The translations under genes and the position numbers were made by a program. This document shows positions 13,701 through 64,000 of a DNA stretch of 64,000 nucleotides, piece by piece. Source of the stretch: Tubiluchus corallicola (lineage: Eukaryota; Animalia; Priapulida). The stretch is from the NCBI GenBank assembly GCA_030141605.1, contig JAQGDQ010000902.1:18060-82059 (forward strand). Direction: 5' to 3'. The notes under the pieces were generated by a model that ran no database searches, was not told where the DNA came from, and saw only the letters and a program-made list of their open reading frames with translations. Numbering within the stretch: position 1 is the stretch's first letter; the number at the start of each line of letters is the position of its first letter.

Positions 13701-16700
13701 CTAAGCCAACATCAGGGTTATGTTACTTTTGTTGGGATCCGAGTTATGAGTTCACACGCATCACTGCATTAGAAGAACTAGCAAAAGAATTTTATTAAAT
13801 GCAAACGTAGCAGAATAATTTTATCAAACGTAATCGCTTAGCCAAGAAATTTTGAAATTTTAACCGTTCCAGATATGATCGACCTACGAATGAGCAGTAA
13901 TATAATTATTACGATTGCATGAAACCATGTTAACTTGAAGTTAACCGTTAAATGAGCATAATTGAGAATCAAGTCATGCCGTCACGTAAAAGTGTTAATA
14001 TTATTATTATTATCCTCCTCATTACAAGTGTGTGACTTAATGGGTGATGAACTGTAGTGAGAACCCCTTCCCAAAACACGTGACGTAAGTATGACGTCAG
14101 ATAAGTATTTAAGAATCAGTCACACACCCGATCCGGTGGCGGCTGCAGAATACATCATCCTAGTTGTCACGCTTGTATTATGCTACACTTATTATATTTT
14201 ATTAATAAACCGCCTTGTTATTACTTATACCAACATCAGGGTTGTGAACTTACGTTGGGATCCGAGTTATGAGTTCAGCCGCATCGCTACTGAAATCATT
14301 CTTTTCTATTACAATCAAAGTTGTTGGATAATCTACTTATTTTCGTTTTTGTATCATATCGGAACTATGCCAGTTTTTCTATCATATCGTTCCTATCAAA
14401 ACTGAAATCTCAATCCGACATAGAAGATAAAAGAGTTCAGAACATAAAACAACGTATTTCCATTTTTCCGTCCGTCCGTCTGTCTGTCTACCAGCACAAT
14501 AAAATCAAAATTGATGAAGCTACATGCATAATCAATACGTTAGCACACGGATGTGTCAGAACAAGACCTGGAAACCGTAGCTTTTCGGTTAGAAAATGAT
14601 GAAGGTCACAGGTGAAAAAATCTAAAAATACATTTTGTGCACATATATATATATAGTGATTTCACGTGATGGCGTAGGCCTGTACCTCTTTTGAATGCTC
14701 TCTGCCCTAGCTCATTCTAGTTTGTGGATAAGAAATTTGTTAAAATGACAAAAAATATAGCTGTGTTACCGAGCTAACCAAGCGACCTAAAGTAGATAAA
14801 CGAACGAACTATTAAAAAAGTTAATACTCACTTCTCTAGAACGTATATGCTCCATGAATGTTAAAATGTTGACAAATATCATCAGAATTCGGTGCACATA
14901 ATTGACAATGATGCGTACTATAATCCACAATCCAAAGAAGCTCCAATAGCGTACGCATGTCTTAGATCTATAATATTATAATCATCACTATGTAATTAAC
15001 CTGATACAGCTTTTAATCGAATCCTATGAACACAAATCATCTGTCAGTAACCACAAAAATAATTATCTTCACTGAAAACCCTGACACACACAAACTTAGA
15101 AAGAGGAGCCCGTTAAGTCACACGTGTGGATGTGGTACTCCTTTCGCTGTTTCTTTTCTCCGGCTTCAGTCAATCTCACAGTCTTCTTACACGCAGCACA
15201 AACGGGGAATTGCCGCTGACACACAGAAACAGTGAATCATTAAACATTTATCTCGTATATAAGTTAAAAGTTGGACAGAGGCGTCACGTGTGTGACGTTT
15301 ACTGCGCATGTGCATGTTGTTTGAGACACAGCCACAGTAGACGAAAACGTGGCTGGCATACCTAAAAAAACTGGTCAACATCAACTAAATTTTAAACAAG
15401 TTGTTGGCAAAAAATATTAAAAATTAACTGCTTAAACAATTGGAAGGATATATTATCTCGAGTACAAAGGTGAACTGTTCTGAAATTATAGCTTTTGAAT
15501 TTCAAATCACAGCAGCTACAAAAATACACGTACGTCTATTATTGCACCTAACATAATTATGCATTGCATGATATCCACATGATTCACAAGAAAATATAGG
15601 CTGCAGCCTAGGGGCCCTCAAGCAGGCCTTACCAAAACCGGAAGACCCCCCTGGTTGAGGGGCCCTAGGCTGCAACCTATACTAGCCTATAAGATAATTT
15701 GACCCTGCCTGTATATATTGACATCATGCATGATTATATTACATGCAATAATGGACATACATGCATTTTTGTAGCTACTGTGATTTGAAAATCAAAAGCT
15801 ATGTTTGCATAATTTCACTGCTGTTGTGTTGAAATAATTACGTGCTAATTTGGTTTGCCATAAATAGTAAAATAGTGGTATTTCTTGAAGAATATTTTTA
15901 TTGAGAGACAAAAGATGGCTAGTCTACTTTATTTGAAAAATTTGCAATAAGTTTACTTCAAGCTGTGTAGATGTCGCTGAAATATATGAGGAGTAAAAAA
16001 TATTCAAGACGGGTGGCAGGTGAGTTAGAGGATGATTCCATCTGAGGGGAGTCCATAATTTCATTAGCCTAGGGGCCTCAAAAGATCATAATCCGGCCCG
16101 GTATGCAGAGTTAACACACTTTTGAAATACTTTGTGAAATTGTGAGACACAAAGTTCTTTGAGCAAAATGACATTAAATTTACAACCGAGTGCATTCGGT
16201 AAAATGCGTGGCTTTGCAAATCATTCAGACTTAAAGCAATACAATTTTCCAAAAAAATGTTTTGTAGCTTTTGCTAATTCATTTTTTTCAGGAAAAATGT
16301 TCTGAGTACAAGAATTTAAAACAAAAATTGCGATTACTGCACAGCACCAGACCATGGTTATTGCGATTTTCTTGAATGAGAGAGAACAAGTCTTCCGCTT
16401 TGGTTTGTGAGCAGAAACATTTTGCAACATAGGGCATATCATAGATTAAAATCAGAAATATAATTGACAGACAGGTAAACAAAAATAGTAAAGTAGGTTC
16501 TCTATAGTAGTTGCTTTCGTATTGGTGCGCTATGCAGAGTCCTATTTACGCAGTAGATTATACGTTCTCAATAAGTTTGCACCTGGTGGCGCTATCTACC
16601 GAAGAGAAGGTAAACTATCGAAATAAAAAAAATAAACAGATGAAATGGCATGAATTTTTTATAATCATTAAAAACGATGGACAAGAATGAAAAAATAAAT

Positions 16701-17604
16701 AATGTAAGAAAGACAAAAGGAACATGGGTGATTTTATAAATTATGTAACAACTGCATTGAACTGAAGCCTGCATGTCCCTATTACCGATGTTCAGCTTGG
16801 CTATTATAATAAACCCAGTTGAGCCCGAATCCATCTTTTGATTAAACTAATTCTAATTCTACCTTTAAATTTCACCTGTTATCCAAAAGCCTCTGCAGTT
16901 TAAACTATTTTAGATCATATTGATAAAAACTATTATAAGTTTTGCTATTTTCTGTTCTTTCGATTTAGTAAGTTGAGATTTCCACACACTGTATTGAACA
17001 GGTCAAGTTACACTTACACATGGTGTAGAAATGTCAAAAAAGCAGAGGCTGGACGAGCTGGTTCCAGTTTGTTCCAATTTATTAGTATGAAAGAAAATAA
17101 GAAGAAAAGAAACAGAGAAAGACAGAAATGCTGAACGACTAAAAGAAGAAAACAAACAAACAAGAATCAAAGACAGAAATGAATAAAATGAAAGATTCAT
17201 TAAATGTGTGAGTTTTTAAACAGTTAATAAACATGGACATAAAATAAAAAAATAAAAAAATTAAATAAAAAAACAGTGAATAAGCGAATGAATGAAGGAA
17301 TAAATAAATGAATCAATAAAGGAATGAATTAATTAATGAATGAATGAATGAATGAATGAACGAACGAACAAAAATGAATGAATGATGAGTGAATAGATGA
17401 ATGAATGAATGAATCACTGATGAGTGAATGAATGAACGGATGAATGGAGAGAAAAAGAGAGAAAGAGAGAAGCGAGAGAGAGAGTGTGTGTGTGAGAGAG
17501 AGGAAGAGAGGGGGAGAGATTTCTGTCTGGAAGGTGTGAACATCAGACAATGCGTAAGAAAGTCAGCGCACACGGTTTCGCCTAACCATGAGGCCGAATG
17601 TAAG

Positions 17605-17626
17605 TGTTTATTTGTTGCTTGGAAAC
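17605..17626 (+). promoter_or_regulatory. Forkhead site (TGTTTATTT) abutting RFX X-box (GTTGCTTGGAAAC): candidate promoter
   Basis: Motif match ~790 bp upstream of the ATG and just upstream of a putative non-coding first exon. Confidence 0.55.
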
Positions 17627-17639
17627 GGAGGACGCAGCA

Positions 17640-17845
17640 AGTTAAATAATTAATGTGATTCTGCAGTGATTATGTGATAAGAAAATGCCGAATACACAGC
17701 AATCAGTGTTTAGACTCAAGTGGAATAATGTCAATAACGGAACGTAGTCGAAGTAAAAGATGCACTTCTGTTATGAGTTTTGCTTTATGTGTTTACTATG
17801 ATGACCTGTTTTACTTCAAATTATTGAAAGATTCAAATTAGACAG
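17640..17845 (+). other. Putative non-coding 5' UTR exon (start approximate)
   Basis: Strong donor CAG|GTAAGA at 17845/17846. The ATG exon is preceded by acceptor TTTTGCAG ending at 18398. Confidence 0.4.
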
Positions 17846-18412
17846 GTAAGATAAGAACAGAAGTATTACCAATTATGATTTGTGATTTAGTGATGAGAGA
17901 CGAGAAAAACTTGTTAAAGTAATAATGGCGTACATGTACTGAAAAATTTTTATTCTTAATTATAGAACATTATAGAACATAGAAAAAAAAACAAATGCAT
18001 TGTGTAATAAAGTAAACTTATTAATTAATAATTATTTTATTAAACCAAAATTATGGAAAAAGTTTAGCCAAATAACTGAAGGCAGGAAGTGGCCTAATTT
18101 TACTGCACTTATTCTAGATCTTTTATTATTTAAACAAAACAGATAAATTTTTCCTTGGCATCAGAAATCCAGGACACAAATTTTCTTAAAAATAAATAAT
18201 ATGATATAAATGCTTATGTGTAACTTGAGTATAACCTACACATTTGCAATGTATTAAAATTAAATATTAGTGAAGTTACCATAAAATATAGATGAGTGCT
18301 TTGAGAGAAAGCCACGTAACGATTGTGGATACTAGTGTTGTATGTTGTAAAAACAGAGTAAGTTGTGGTTCCACGCAACTTTTGTCTTAATTTTGCAGAA
18401 TCTAATATCATC

Positions 18413-63626
<45,214 letters not shown>

Positions 63627-64000
63627 GTATGAAGCACTTGCTCCGCCTACTGTAGTCACTGTTTGGGTAGGATGACAAATTGTTTACCCAGCTTGTGTGT
63701 TTGTGCGTCTTTCTGCATAATAAAATCAATACAATTGAAACTATGATTATCCAAAATGGCTGTACAAGACATGGAAACCCATTTATTATGGTTTAGAAGG
63801 TCGTTGTTCGGAACACAAAAATATCAGAATCAAAATTTAATGTGTCCTTATTCATTCATCCTGACACGGGATAGGTCTAGACAAAACCTGGAAGCCATTA
63901 AATTTTACTTTAGAAGGTAAAAGATCAAGGTGACGAGGTCATAAATGTCAAAATAAATTTTTGTCCATAATGCCTTCATGTGTGTCTCTATTAGGTCTCC

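Noticed and set aside
18358-18398. Alternative 41-nt 5' UTR intron (GTAAGT...GCAG)
   Set aside because: Much shorter than the smallest supported intron in the gene (103 nt). The donor at 17846 fits better, though this is untested.

Overview
This is AT-rich, intron-rich animal genomic DNA, probably from an invertebrate bilaterian. It is not prokaryotic, and most entries in the ORF track are spurious. Two structures dominate. (1) A giant near-perfect inverted duplication: the left arm (1..8218) runs off the window start, the right arm is 10374..18596, and a 2155-bp spacer between them is edged by microsatellites. Each arm carries a FOX+RFX X-box promoter candidate and the first coding exon of a gene, so two identical gene starts point away from each other. 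(2) On the + strand that gene can be spliced by hand into 25 phase-compatible coding exons (18413..63626, 3169 nt, at least 1056 aa, incomplete at the 3' end). The product has an N-myristoylation start (MGNSSS), a basic Ser-rich leader, seven tandem cupredoxin/plastocyanin-like repeats without canonical type-1 copper sites, a CHB_HEX_C/Fn3-associated domain, and at least two FN3 domains. I do not recognise it as a named gene. The introns hold non-autonomous DNA transposons (Kolobok-like, piggyBac-like, pogo-like, foldback), a 5'-truncated RTE LINE and many mini- and microsatellites. Domain and motif assignments come from pattern recognition, not database searches.
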